Of a stretch of 64,000 bases of DNA, positions 18,191 to 27,542 are shown piece after piece. Every line of letters starts with the position of its first letter. Within the stretch, counting starts at the first letter, position 1. The DNA is from Marivita sp. (GTDB lineage Bacteria > Pseudomonadota > Alphaproteobacteria > Rhodobacterales > Rhodobacteraceae). The notes beneath the pieces were generated by a model. The model was not told the origin of the DNA and ran no database searches. It was given only the letters and a program-made list of their open reading frames with translations. The position numbers and the translations under genes were made by a program. The stretch lies in contig CP121325.1 of the NCBI GenBank assembly GCA_043585105.1, positions 2,893,299 to 2,957,298 of the forward strand, read 5' to 3'.

Positions 18191-19741
18191 ATGACAGCCC
18201 TTGGATGGATCATCCTGCTACTCGTCATCGTCGCCATCGTGATCGCGCTGGCCGCATGGTTCTATGAACGCGCCATCAACGAAATCAGCCTTGTGCGAAC
18301 TGGGGTTGGCGGCCGCAAGGTCGTGATCGACGGTGGCACTCTTGCCATTCCGTTCTTTCACGAGATCAGCCGCGTCAACATGCAAACGATCCGAATGGAA
18401 GTGATCCGTGCCGGTGACAGCGCACTGATCACAAAGGATCGGATGCGCATCGATGTGGGTGCCGAGTTCTATGCTTCGGTTCAGCCCGAAGAGGCATCAA
18501 TCGTCCGCGCCGCGCAGACCCTTGGCAAACGTACCTTTCAGCCGGATCAGCTCAAGTCGCTGATCGACGGGATGATGGTCGACGCCCTGCGGTCGGTCGC
18601 GGCACAAATGACGATGGACGAACTGCACGAGAACCGGTCGGAATTCGTGCGCGAGGTGCACGAGGCGTTGGCCGACACGCTGGTGAAGTACGGATTACAA
18701 CTCGACAGTGTGTCTCTGACTGCGCTGGATCAAACGCCGTTTTCGTCTTTGGACGAAAACAACGCCTTCAACGCCGTCGGCATGCGCAAGCTGGCCGAGG
18801 TGATTGCCAAGTCCAAAAAGGAACGCGCCGAGATCGAGGGCGAAACCGCCGTAGCCGTCCGACGTGCCGAGGTGGAAGCGAACCAGCGGCGTCTTCAGAT
18901 CGAACTCGAAGAACGCCGCGCTGAGATCGCGCAGACTCAGGAAATCGAAACGCTGTTGGCTGCGCAGCTGACCGAGGTTGCCCGCCGCAAGGCCGAAGCC
19001 GAACGCGAGGCTGCGCAGGCGCGCATCCGCATGGAACAGGAAATTCAAGCCACCTCGATCCAGCGTGAATTGCAGGTACGCGAAGCCGAGATCGCCCAAC
19101 TCCGGGCGCTTGAAATCGCCGAGCAGGAAAAAGTCATCCAAACCGCCGCGAAAAGCGAAGAGGAATCCAAAGCCCGTGCCGGAGCGACATTGGCTCGTTC
19201 CGCACTGGTCAAGGCCGAAGAGGATATCCAGACCCTGCGAGAAATGGCCGAGGCAGAGCGGCGCAAGGCGCTGGCCTTGATGGCTGCTCGTCAGGACGCA
19301 GAGGCCAACGCTGAACGAGCGCGGATCACTTCGGTCGTGGATCAAGAAGTGGCCAAGGCCAAGGGCGTTATCAGGCGCGAAGAAGCGGCCTCCATGAAGG
19401 TCTACAAGACCGCAGAAGCCGAAGCGGAAGCGGAACGCATCAAGGCGGAAAACACCCGGTCGAAAGAGCTTGTTTCGATGGAGTTGGAAAAGGCGCGGCT
19501 TGAGGCAATGCCCAAGATCGTGGCCGAGATGGTTAAACCCGCTGAGAAAATCCGGGGCATCAACATCAACCATGTCACGGGTCTGGGAAAATCCGACAGC
19601 GGTAGCAGCGCGTCACCCGTCAGCCAAACCATCGACTCGATCCTCGACATGGCGGTGGCGCTGCCCGCCATGAAAAAGATCGGAGATCAAATCGGTGTCA
19701 ATCTGGACGGAGTCATGCCCGAGACTGACAAGAAAGCCTGA
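18191..19741 (+). CDS. Flotillin / SPFH family protein (YqiK-like)
   Basis: N-terminal TM, VRTGVGGRKVV, ALITKDRMR, AAQTLG, LDSVSLT, NNAFNAVG, long EA-rich coiled coil, MVKPAEKI. Confidence 0.9.
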   Translation: MTALGWIILLLVIVAIVIALAAWFYERAINEISLVRTGVGGRKVVIDGGTLAIPFFHEISRVNMQTIRMEVIRAGDSALITKDRMRIDVGAEFYASVQPEEASIVRAAQTLGKRTFQPDQLKSLIDGMMVDALRSVAAQMTMDELHENRSEFVREVHEALADTLVKYGLQLDSVSLTALDQTPFSSLDENNAFNAVGMRKLAEVIAKSKKERAEIEGETAVAVRRAEVEANQRRLQIELEERRAEIAQTQEIETLLAAQLTEVARRKAEAEREAAQARIRMEQEIQATSIQRELQVREAEIAQLRALEIAEQEKVIQTAAKSEEESKARAGATLARSALVKAEEDIQTLREMAEAERRKALALMAARQDAEANAERARITSVVDQEVAKAKGVIRREEAASMKVYKTAEAEAEAERIKAENTRSKELVSMELEKARLEAMPKIVAEMVKPAEKIRGININHVTGLGKSDSGSSASPVSQTIDSILDMAVALPAMKKIGDQIGVNLDGVMPETDKKA

Positions 19742-19760
19742 CGCACCCGGTCATTCCGCG

Positions 19761-19790
19761 AAACGCCATCCCAAACGGGGTGGCGTTTTG
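19761..19790. terminator. Intrinsic (probably bidirectional) terminator
   Basis: AAACGCCATCCC-AAAC-GGGGTGGCGTTT between convergent genes. Confidence 0.7.
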
Positions 19791-19804
19791 CATTTGAAGC
19801 AAAG

Positions 19805-20554
19805 CTAAAGCCCGGTTTGCGTTGCGTCCCATATTAGTTTGACTGCGATCACCGCCAAGAGCGAAAGGATCAGTCGGTCGAACGCTTGTTTTGACAGGAA
19901 CCGCGCGGCCCATGATCCGATGGGAATACCCAGGAACATCGGGATTAGCGCCAAGAACGCAAGCAGCAAACGATCCCATGTTAGAATGCCCAATGCCGCA
20001 AGTGCAGGCACCTGCGTGACCGACATCGCAAGGAAGAAGATCGCAATCGTTGCAATGAACTCTTTGCGGGGCAGGTTCAGCGCGTTCAGAAACGTGATTG
20101 AAACCGGTGCAGATAACCCGCCCGCCCCCTGCATCACGCCCCCTACCAAACCGACATATGGCCCCATCTTCCGCCCGCGCGCGCGAGATAGATGCCAGTT
20201 GGGACGTGCCAACCTAAGGCCGATATAGGCAAACACAATGCCCGCCAAAGATGCCATGAGCAGTGGCACCGGCAATGAGGCCAAAAGAACCGAGCCTAAA
20301 ATCGCGCCCACCGCACCCATCACGGCAAAAATCCAGACAAAGCGATGTTCGGTCACTTCGGACCGGAAGGCCCAGCTTTGCCAGATATTGGTGCAAAGGT
20401 TCAGCACCGAAAATATCGCCACCGCCATTGGTAAATCGAACACGATGGCCAGAACCGGCACGCCCACCACCGGCGCTCCTGCCCCAGTTGCGCCTTTTAG
20501 AAATCCGCCCAACAGGATGCCGATAAAGGCAAAGGCCAATGACACAGGGTCCAT
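19805..20554 (-). CDS. TauE/SafE (TSUP) family membrane protein
   Basis: GFLKGATGAG, GVMQGAGGLSAP, about 8 TM. Confidence 0.85.
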   Translation of the reverse strand: MDPVSLAFAFIGILLGGFLKGATGAGAPVVGVPVLAIVFDLPMAVAIFSVLNLCTNIWQSWAFRSEVTEHRFVWIFAVMGAVGAILGSVLLASLPVPLLMASLAGIVFAYIGLRLARPNWHLSRARGRKMGPYVGLVGGVMQGAGGLSAPVSITFLNALNLPRKEFIATIAIFFLAMSVTQVPALAALGILTWDRLLLAFLALIPMFLGIPIGSWAARFLSKQAFDRLILSLLAVIAVKLIWDATQTGL

Positions 20555-22248
20555 TAAAAGTCGTCCGAGGCTGCGACCGACAGGTCTAGCAAGACCTGTC
20601 GGCGTTCAGTGCGGATCACTTCGACCGCGCGGCGCAATGCGTCAGGCAGGTCTGCACCGTGGTTGATCCGTTCCGCATGGGCGCGGCTGGCCTTGGCGAT
20701 TTGTGTGAAGTCCGGCAGCGGTTCAAGCGAAGTGAGCGGGATACGGTTCTGCTGGACTGCCGCACCATCCGGGTAACCCTTGATCACCGACCTCCGCACC
20801 GCGTTCCACATGGCGTTGTTCTTGACGATGGTCAGGATCGGCAGGCCCAGCGCTTCCGCAATCTGATGACATGCCACCGGGTTGGCGAACATGTACGACC
20901 CGTCCCCCACACAAGCGATCACCAGCCTGTCACCATTGGCCAGTTGCGCGCCCAAGGCGGCAGGCATTGCCCAGCCCAAACCACCGGCATGTACATTTGA
21001 AAACACGCGGTTCGGACCTTTCAGTGTCATGTGGGGTAGCAACAGACCCAGTTCAGAGAACGCCACAGCGTTGTCATCCATGATCTCTGATACACAGGCG
21101 CTCATCCATTCGGCGGTCATCGAACCATCGCCGCCCGCATCGGGTGCGATCTTGGCTTCGCGCAACACCGCGACCCTGGCTTGGGCCGCACCGCGCCGAG
21201 CAGACGCACCGAGATCAGGCGTCAACGCCAATAGCGCGTCAAGCGCCATCGCCGGATCGGCGGTTATGCCCAAATCGGTGCGATACCCACGCACAGGCAT
21301 CCGGCGGAACAAGGGGTCTGGGCCGATATGCACAACACGCGTGTCTTTGTCCGGCGCACTGACCGCTTCAATCCACGGCACGCCACTGTCCAAAACGATC
21401 ACCAGATCCGCCTGCGCTGTTGCCACCTTTGGATTGTAGCCCAAATGCGCCGGATCATCCGAGGCCAGTACGTTGCGGGTGCTGAACGGTTCCGCCACAG
21501 CCAGCCCGAACGCATCGGCAGAGCGCGACAAGAGTGCAGAGAGCTGCCCCTTCGGATCGCCACGCTGGCACAGAACGACGGGCGTTTTGGCCTCAGCAAT
21601 CCAGGCCGCCAGCGTGGCAATTGCAATTCCATCGGGTGCGGCAGGTGTCGCGCCGACAGGAGCCGGCGCAGGGGTAAAACCGCCCGGCAATGGTTCGGTC
21701 AGCGGCTCTTTCGGCAGGCTCATGTAGACCGGACCTTCCGGCGCACTGATCATCAGCGAAGCTGCGCGTTTGGTCACGCTGTCCGCCTGTTCGGGATAGC
21801 GCAATTCGTAGTCAAACTTGACCACGTCCCTAACAAGACTGGTCTGATCGTACATTTCCTGCCCGTACTGAATCGGCGTCATTCGCCCGCCCTTGCGCCC
21901 GGTTTCCGTCAATGGCGTGCGCCCTGACAACACGAAAACCGGCACATTGTCGGATGCCGCGTTGATTACCCCCATAACTGCGTTCGCCAAACCGACATTT
22001 ACATGCACCATAACCGCCTGTGGACGCCCAGTAACCAGCCAATACCCATGCGCCATAGCCACGCCTGCCGTTTCATGCGGGACCGTAACCGGAGCTGGAA
22101 CGTCACCTTCAGAAAGACGCGCAAGCCCCTCGATAATAGGTGGAAAATCGGTTCCGGCATTGGCGAAGATATAGTCGATACCAGAGACCTTCAGAGCCAT
22201 CAAAAGCGCTTCGCCGCCTGTCTTGGGGCGAGCCGTTTCTTTTAACAT
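20554..22248 (-). CDS. Thiamine-diphosphate enzyme (acetolactate synthase/benzoylformate decarboxylase superfamily)
   Basis: FANAGTDF, PHE..VAMAHGY, GGLGW, GDGSYMF...NNAMW ThDP motif. Confidence 0.88.
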   Translation of the reverse strand: MLKETARPKTGGEALLMALKVSGIDYIFANAGTDFPPIIEGLARLSEGDVPAPVTVPHETAGVAMAHGYWLVTGRPQAVMVHVNVGLANAVMGVINAASDNVPVFVLSGRTPLTETGRKGGRMTPIQYGQEMYDQTSLVRDVVKFDYELRYPEQADSVTKRAASLMISAPEGPVYMSLPKEPLTEPLPGGFTPAPAPVGATPAAPDGIAIATLAAWIAEAKTPVVLCQRGDPKGQLSALLSRSADAFGLAVAEPFSTRNVLASDDPAHLGYNPKVATAQADLVIVLDSGVPWIEAVSAPDKDTRVVHIGPDPLFRRMPVRGYRTDLGITADPAMALDALLALTPDLGASARRGAAQARVAVLREAKIAPDAGGDGSMTAEWMSACVSEIMDDNAVAFSELGLLLPHMTLKGPNRVFSNVHAGGLGWAMPAALGAQLANGDRLVIACVGDGSYMFANPVACHQIAEALGLPILTIVKNNAMWNAVRRSVIKGYPDGAAVQQNRIPLTSLEPLPDFTQIAKASRAHAERINHGADLPDALRRAVEVIRTERRQVLLDLSVAASDDF

Positions 22249-22306
22249 ACATCCTCCCTGAATCTCTGGCTTGATATTCCGCTGCCACTTCGTAAAGTCA
22301 ACATAT

Positions 22307-22321
22307 TCTCAATAATTGGGA
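22307..22321. promoter_or_regulatory. Imperfect 15-bp palindrome, candidate IclR operator
   Basis: TCTCAATAATTGGGA in the divergent promoter region. Confidence 0.45.
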
Positions 22322-22359
22322 TTCTAACCCAAAAGAGAACCACATTTGGGAGGACAACC

Positions 22360-23310
22360 ATGAAGACGCTACTCACCGCGGCGGCGGTATTTTTAGGCGC
22401 GACACTTGCCACATCGGCCAGCGCGCAGAATGTCGGCATTGCCACATCAAACCCCGGATCACTCTTCCACAATATCGGGACCGCCGTAGCAAATGCCGCC
22501 AACGAAGCTGGCCTGAATACCACTATCCAGCCCGCTACCAGCCCCAACCAGTTCATTCCGTTCATTGATCAGGGTGGCATCGAATTCGGCGTGGCGAACC
22601 TGCAAGAGGTCAACTACGCCATAACCGGCGAAGAATGGTGGGGTGGCCGCACGAACCCCAACCTGCGCGTCGTGGCGCATCTGATGCCACTGGTCGAGGC
22701 AATCTTCGTGCGTGCCGACGGCGACATCATGAAAGTGTCTGATCTCAAGGGCCAGCCGATGACCGATGGCTACACCGCGCAGAACACAATCCTGCCGCAG
22801 CTTGCCGCCTTCTACGCGACCGCAGGCATGACGAGGGATGACGTGGAAAAGGTATCGGTCGCCAGCGTGGTCGCCGGGGCTGATGCCTTCATGGCAGGTG
22901 ACACTGTAGGCTTCATCTTTGCCCATGGCGCGGGCAAGGTTCGCGAGGCGGATGCCGCCGTTGGGGGGCTGCGCGCGCTGGGGGTTGAGGATGACAGCGA
23001 TGCCGCTCTTGCAGCAGCACGCGAACACTGGCCGACCGCGTTCTTCACCACCTTGCCCGTAGGCGCGATGCCCGGTGTTTTGGAAGACACGGTCTACATT
23101 GCCTTCCCACAGGTGATCTTCACCCACGCCAACGCATCAGACGACGCGGTCTATGCAATGGCCAAGGCAATGTATGAAAACGCCAAAGTGATGGCAGACA
23201 CGTTCCCGCCCTTCCGAGCATTCAAACCCGCCAACATGAAAGGTGACCCCGGTATCGCCGAGTTCCACCCCGGAGCGCAGCGCTTTTTCGAGGAAGTGGG
23301 CCTGAACTGA
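22360..23310 (+). CDS. TAXI-type TRAP solute receptor
   Basis: Signal peptide, GIATSNPGS, DDAVYAMAKAMY, FHPGAQRFF. Confidence 0.88.
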   Translation: MKTLLTAAAVFLGATLATSASAQNVGIATSNPGSLFHNIGTAVANAANEAGLNTTIQPATSPNQFIPFIDQGGIEFGVANLQEVNYAITGEEWWGGRTNPNLRVVAHLMPLVEAIFVRADGDIMKVSDLKGQPMTDGYTAQNTILPQLAAFYATAGMTRDDVEKVSVASVVAGADAFMAGDTVGFIFAHGAGKVREADAAVGGLRALGVEDDSDAALAAAREHWPTAFFTTLPVGAMPGVLEDTVYIAFPQVIFTHANASDDAVYAMAKAMYENAKVMADTFPPFRAFKPANMKGDPGIAEFHPGAQRFFEEVGLN

Positions 23311-23380
23311 GTAACAGCGCGCGCCCTACGTGGGCGTGCGTTGACTGACTCCCTCGACACCCCAGGACCGTATCACCACC

Positions 23381-25300
23381 ATGCCTGCCTTGCCCGCGCG
23401 TTTTGCCAAACCTCTGGCCGACTTGTTTGCCGCTTGCCTTGTCCTGTTGGCCGTGGGTTGGGCGCTGTCGTTTCAGCGCACGCTCGGTCTGGACCTTTAT
23501 CCGCAGCAGTTCTTTGCTGGGGTGCTGTTTTTTGCCCTGCCATTGGCATTCTTCACTTTGCCTGCCCGGCGCGGTGCAACGCGCGAGGATGTGCCCCTTC
23601 ATGACTTGGTGCTTGCCGCGCTGGGAATGGCGGCGATTGGGTACATCGCGGTGAATTACCCTGATCTGGTCCTGATGATCTTTGCCCGCCCCCCTGAGCT
23701 TTGGATCACCAGCGTCATCATCATCGGGGTGCTGCTGGAAACATTGCGACGGGCAACAGGTTGGGCGCTTGTACTGATCATTGCCGCCTTCCTGCTATAT
23801 GCGCTGTTCGGAGACCTGATCCCCGGGCGACTTCAGGGCCGACCCCAGAATTGGCAATTGCTGGCGGGATATCTTGCCGTCGATTCCAATGGCGTGCTGG
23901 GACTCCCGATGTCGGTCGCCTCGACCGTGGTAATCGCATTCATCTTGTTCGGAGTATTGCTGGGCATCACCGGAGGATCGCAATTCTTTACCGACGCCGC
24001 CATGATCGGCATGGGACGGTTTCGCGGTGGGTCGATGAAGATCTCAGTTCTGGCGTCCGGCTTATTCGGGTCGATTTCGGGATCTGCCGTCGCCAATGTT
24101 GTCGGTACAGGCGTGGTCACCATCCCGATGATCAAGCGCGATGGCTACCCTGCGCACAAGGCTGGCGCGATCGAAGCCGTGGCCTCAACCGGTGGGCAAC
24201 TCATGCCTCCGGTAATGGGCGCGTCCGCTTTCCTGATGGCCGAGTTTCTGGCCATTCCCTATAGCCAGATCGTGATGGCGGCATTGCTGCCTGCGATCCT
24301 GTACTATGTCGCGCTGTTCATTCAGGCGGATCTTGAAGCGGCCAAGCTGGGCATTCAGCGCGTACCGGAATCTGACATTCCAGCCAAGAGCACCGTTCTG
24401 GTCGGTCTGCACTTTGCCACCGCTTTTGCTGTCCTGATCTACCTACTGTTCTGGCTTCGCTACCAACCGGAACGCGCCGCGCTTTGGTCGGCGCTGGCGC
24501 TATGTGGCACCGCGCTGGTGTTCGGCTATCGCGGAGTCCGTCCGACGATCCAAGCTCTGTTCGGCAGTTTCGCCCGCACCGGGCATGGCGTTGTCGAAAT
24601 CCTGCTTATCTCGGCCGCGTCCGGCATGGTGATCGGTGTGCTTAACATCACCGGTCTCAGCTTCAATCTGACTTATGCGCTGGTGCAAGTGGGTGGCGGC
24701 AGTGCCGTGATGCTGCTGGCACTATCGGCCATCGTATGCATCATCCTTGGCATGGGCCTGCCCACGTTGGGCGTTTACGTCCTGCTGGCCGCACTGGTCG
24801 CCCCTGCCCTGATCGAAGTTGGGATCGAACCCATAGCAGCGCATCTGTATGTGTTGTATTTCGGCATGATGTCGATGATCACCCCCCCCATCGCCATGGC
24901 CGCCTTTGCTGCCGCGGCCATCGCCAAAGCGCCCGCCATGGCCACAGGCTGGGCCGCAATGCGGTTCGGCTGGGCAGCGTATGTGATCCCCGTGCTCTTT
25001 GTGTTCAGCCCGTCACTGATCCTTGTCGGCGAAACTGGCGAGATCATTTTCGCGGTGATTACAGCAGGCTTGGGCGTCTGGTTGGTCTCAGCAGGCTTGG
25101 CCGGGTATTTCTCGGACCGACTGTCGCCCCTGAAACGGCTGTTGTTTGTGGCCACTGGACTGCTGGCTCTGGTGCCCGCGGGCGCGTTTAAGGGCGCCAT
25201 CCTGACCGATGCGGCGGGCGTGGTTCTGGGGCTGGCTCTGATCGGGAGCGAGATGTTCCGACGCCGTGCCGTCCCCTTGGCACCGGAGGAAGCGCAATGA
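23381..25300 (+). CDS. TRAP fused permease (4TM/12TM)
   Basis: GSISGSAVANVVGTG, IEAVASTGGQLMPPVMG, GMGLPT, ITPP. Confidence 0.92.
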   Translation: MPALPARFAKPLADLFAACLVLLAVGWALSFQRTLGLDLYPQQFFAGVLFFALPLAFFTLPARRGATREDVPLHDLVLAALGMAAIGYIAVNYPDLVLMIFARPPELWITSVIIIGVLLETLRRATGWALVLIIAAFLLYALFGDLIPGRLQGRPQNWQLLAGYLAVDSNGVLGLPMSVASTVVIAFILFGVLLGITGGSQFFTDAAMIGMGRFRGGSMKISVLASGLFGSISGSAVANVVGTGVVTIPMIKRDGYPAHKAGAIEAVASTGGQLMPPVMGASAFLMAEFLAIPYSQIVMAALLPAILYYVALFIQADLEAAKLGIQRVPESDIPAKSTVLVGLHFATAFAVLIYLLFWLRYQPERAALWSALALCGTALVFGYRGVRPTIQALFGSFARTGHGVVEILLISAASGMVIGVLNITGLSFNLTYALVQVGGGSAVMLLALSAIVCIILGMGLPTLGVYVLLAALVAPALIEVGIEPIAAHLYVLYFGMMSMITPPIAMAAFAAAAIAKAPAMATGWAAMRFGWAAYVIPVLFVFSPSLILVGETGEIIFAVITAGLGVWLVSAGLAGYFSDRLSPLKRLLFVATGLLALVPAGAFKGAILTDAAGVVLGLALIGSEMFRRRAVPLAPEEAQ

Positions 25301-26070
25301 GATCGGTTTCTGGATCTGGTGAACGCCTGCTGGCCATCCTTGGATTGTTTTCGGAAGAAACCCCCGAGTGGACACCCGAGGATATGATGCAGGCATTGGG
25401 ATTTTCGCGCCCGACGCTCTACCGCTATCTAAAAACACTCAAGGATGCAGGCTATCTCGTTTCGCTCCCACAGGCGGGCTATACGCTGGGACCGCGCGTG
25501 ACCGAGTTGGATTTCCTGATGCGGCGGTCTGATCCATTGATCAAAATCGCCGATCCGCATCTGGATGTTTTGGCCGCCACGTTTGTGGGCTCTGCCTTTA
25601 TCGTCCGGTTCTATGATCAGAAGATGCTGTGCGTCGCGTCGCGGGTCTCTGCACCCGAGCCGCGTTCATCATATCCGCGTGGACGTCCGATGCCGATTGG
25701 CAAAGGGGCGGTCAGCCGCGCCATTGTTGCCTTCTTGCCGCCCAAGGATCGTGCGGCCCTGGTCAGTGACTTTCTGGACGCCTTTGTCACGTCGGGCATT
25801 GGATCAACCAAAGACGCAGTGCTCACAGAACTAAAGCGCATCCGCCGTAACCGGGTCGCTACCGCGCGGGGCGAAGTGACACCCGGCCTCGTGGGTGTCG
25901 CAGCCCCGATCCTCGCAGGCGATGGCACCCCGATCGGGGCGTTGTGTCTGTCCACCGAAGAGACCACCTTGACCAAAGACCAACTGGCCGCGCTGCGTGA
26001 CGCCATCCGCGACCATGCCGAGGCGATCTCGGACGCGCTGACACTGCCTTCTGCCCGCGCAAGCGCCTGA
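25297..26070 (+). CDS. IclR family regulator
   Basis: SRPTLYRYLKTL, YTLGP, GVAAPI. Confidence 0.9.
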   Translation: MRSVSGSGERLLAILGLFSEETPEWTPEDMMQALGFSRPTLYRYLKTLKDAGYLVSLPQAGYTLGPRVTELDFLMRRSDPLIKIADPHLDVLAATFVGSAFIVRFYDQKMLCVASRVSAPEPRSSYPRGRPMPIGKGAVSRAIVAFLPPKDRAALVSDFLDAFVTSGIGSTKDAVLTELKRIRRNRVATARGEVTPGLVGVAAPILAGDGTPIGALCLSTEETTLTKDQLAALRDAIRDHAEAISDALTLPSARASA

Positions 26071-26096
26071 ACGATGATCACAACCCGGAGACCGCA

Positions 26097-27542
26097 ATGA
26101 CCCTTGACCCCGCACGGCATTACATCGGTGGCGAATGGATCGGCGATGGCCCGTTGGACCACAGCCTCAACCCAGCCACACTTGCGCCATTGGGCCAATA
26201 CCATTCCGGCAGCGCCAATCTCGCCAATACCGCAGCGGCGTCTGCGCGTGCGGCGTTCTTTGGCACGGATTGGGCGCATGCTCCACGCCTGCGGGCGCAA
26301 GCCATGCTGGAAATCGCCGACCGGCTTGAGGCCGCCAAAGACGAAATTGCCGATCTGGTCGTCGCCGAGAACGGCAAGATCCGCGCCGAAGCCTTGGGCG
26401 AAACCATGGCCGCGATTTCCGAGACCCGATATTACGCTGGATTGGCGCGGGACATCCGCGGCTCCATGCAGGAAATCACACCCGGCAGCCTGTCGCTGTT
26501 CCACCGCGAAGCAGCGGGCGTGGCTGGGATCATCGTGCCGTGGAATGCCCCTGTGACCCTGCTCATGCGTTCACTCGCTCCGGCTTTGGCCGCAGGCTGT
26601 ACCGCTGTCATCAAGCCTGCACATCAAACACCGCTGGTGCATGCCCGCATCATGCAGGCTATTGCAGAGGCCCCGTCGCTGCCCAAGGGCGTGGTCAATT
26701 CCATAAACGAAAACGGCATTGAGGTTGGCCGCGCGATGACCGCGTCGCCCGATATCGACGTGATCAGTTTTACCGGCAGTAGCCGCACAGGACAGGCCAT
26801 CATGGCAGCGGCAGCCCCAACGCTAAAACGTGTCGGGCTGGAATTGGGTGGCAAAGCTCCGGCCGTCATTTTTGCTGATGCCGATCTCGACCACGCCACG
26901 CATGAACTGACCCACGGTGCGTTGGCGATGGCAGGGCAAATCTGCGTCGCCGCCGCGCGATTCATCGTCCACGAGTCTATCGCCAGCGATTTCGAAGCCC
27001 GCATCACCGCCGCGTTCCAAGCAGTGCGCGTCGGTCCCGGTGATAGGCCCGACAGCCAAATGGGATCGCTGATCGACATGGGCAACCGTGCAAGGATCGA
27101 ACGGCTGATCGAACAGGCGGGCGACGAGGGCGAGATTATCCTCCGCGGCGCGCCCCTGTCGGACTCGGCGTTCCTCACGCCAACGCTCTTCCGCATCGAG
27201 GATGTCACCTCGTCCTTGGTGCAAGAGGAACTGTTCGGCCCCATCGTGTCGATCGAAACCTTTGCAGACGAACAAGAAGCCGTCGTCAAGGCGAACGCTA
27301 CCGCCTACGGGCTGGCCGCGTCAGTCTTTACCGCCAACCATCACCGCGCCTTGCGTCTGGCACGGGCGATCCGTGCGGGTACAGTCTGGATCAATTCGCA
27401 TCTGAGGCTCTTTGCCGAGGCCGAAACCGGGGGATATGGCAAGTCGGGGCTCGGGCGCTTGCACGGGCCAGAGGGATTATATGACTTCTTGGAAACCAAA
27501 CATATTTATTCCGAACCCGGACGCGTGGGAGATGGCACATGA
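26097..27542 (+). CDS. Aldehyde dehydrogenase
   Basis: IVPWNAP, SFTGS, LELGGK, GQICVA, EELFGP, ETGGYGKSGLGRLHG. Confidence 0.9.
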   Translation: MTLDPARHYIGGEWIGDGPLDHSLNPATLAPLGQYHSGSANLANTAAASARAAFFGTDWAHAPRLRAQAMLEIADRLEAAKDEIADLVVAENGKIRAEALGETMAAISETRYYAGLARDIRGSMQEITPGSLSLFHREAAGVAGIIVPWNAPVTLLMRSLAPALAAGCTAVIKPAHQTPLVHARIMQAIAEAPSLPKGVVNSINENGIEVGRAMTASPDIDVISFTGSSRTGQAIMAAAAPTLKRVGLELGGKAPAVIFADADLDHATHELTHGALAMAGQICVAAARFIVHESIASDFEARITAAFQAVRVGPGDRPDSQMGSLIDMGNRARIERLIEQAGDEGEIILRGAPLSDSAFLTPTLFRIEDVTSSLVQEELFGPIVSIETFADEQEAVVKANATAYGLAASVFTANHHRALRLARAIRAGTVWINSHLRLFAEAETGGYGKSGLGRLHGPEGLYDFLETKHIYSEPGRVGDGT

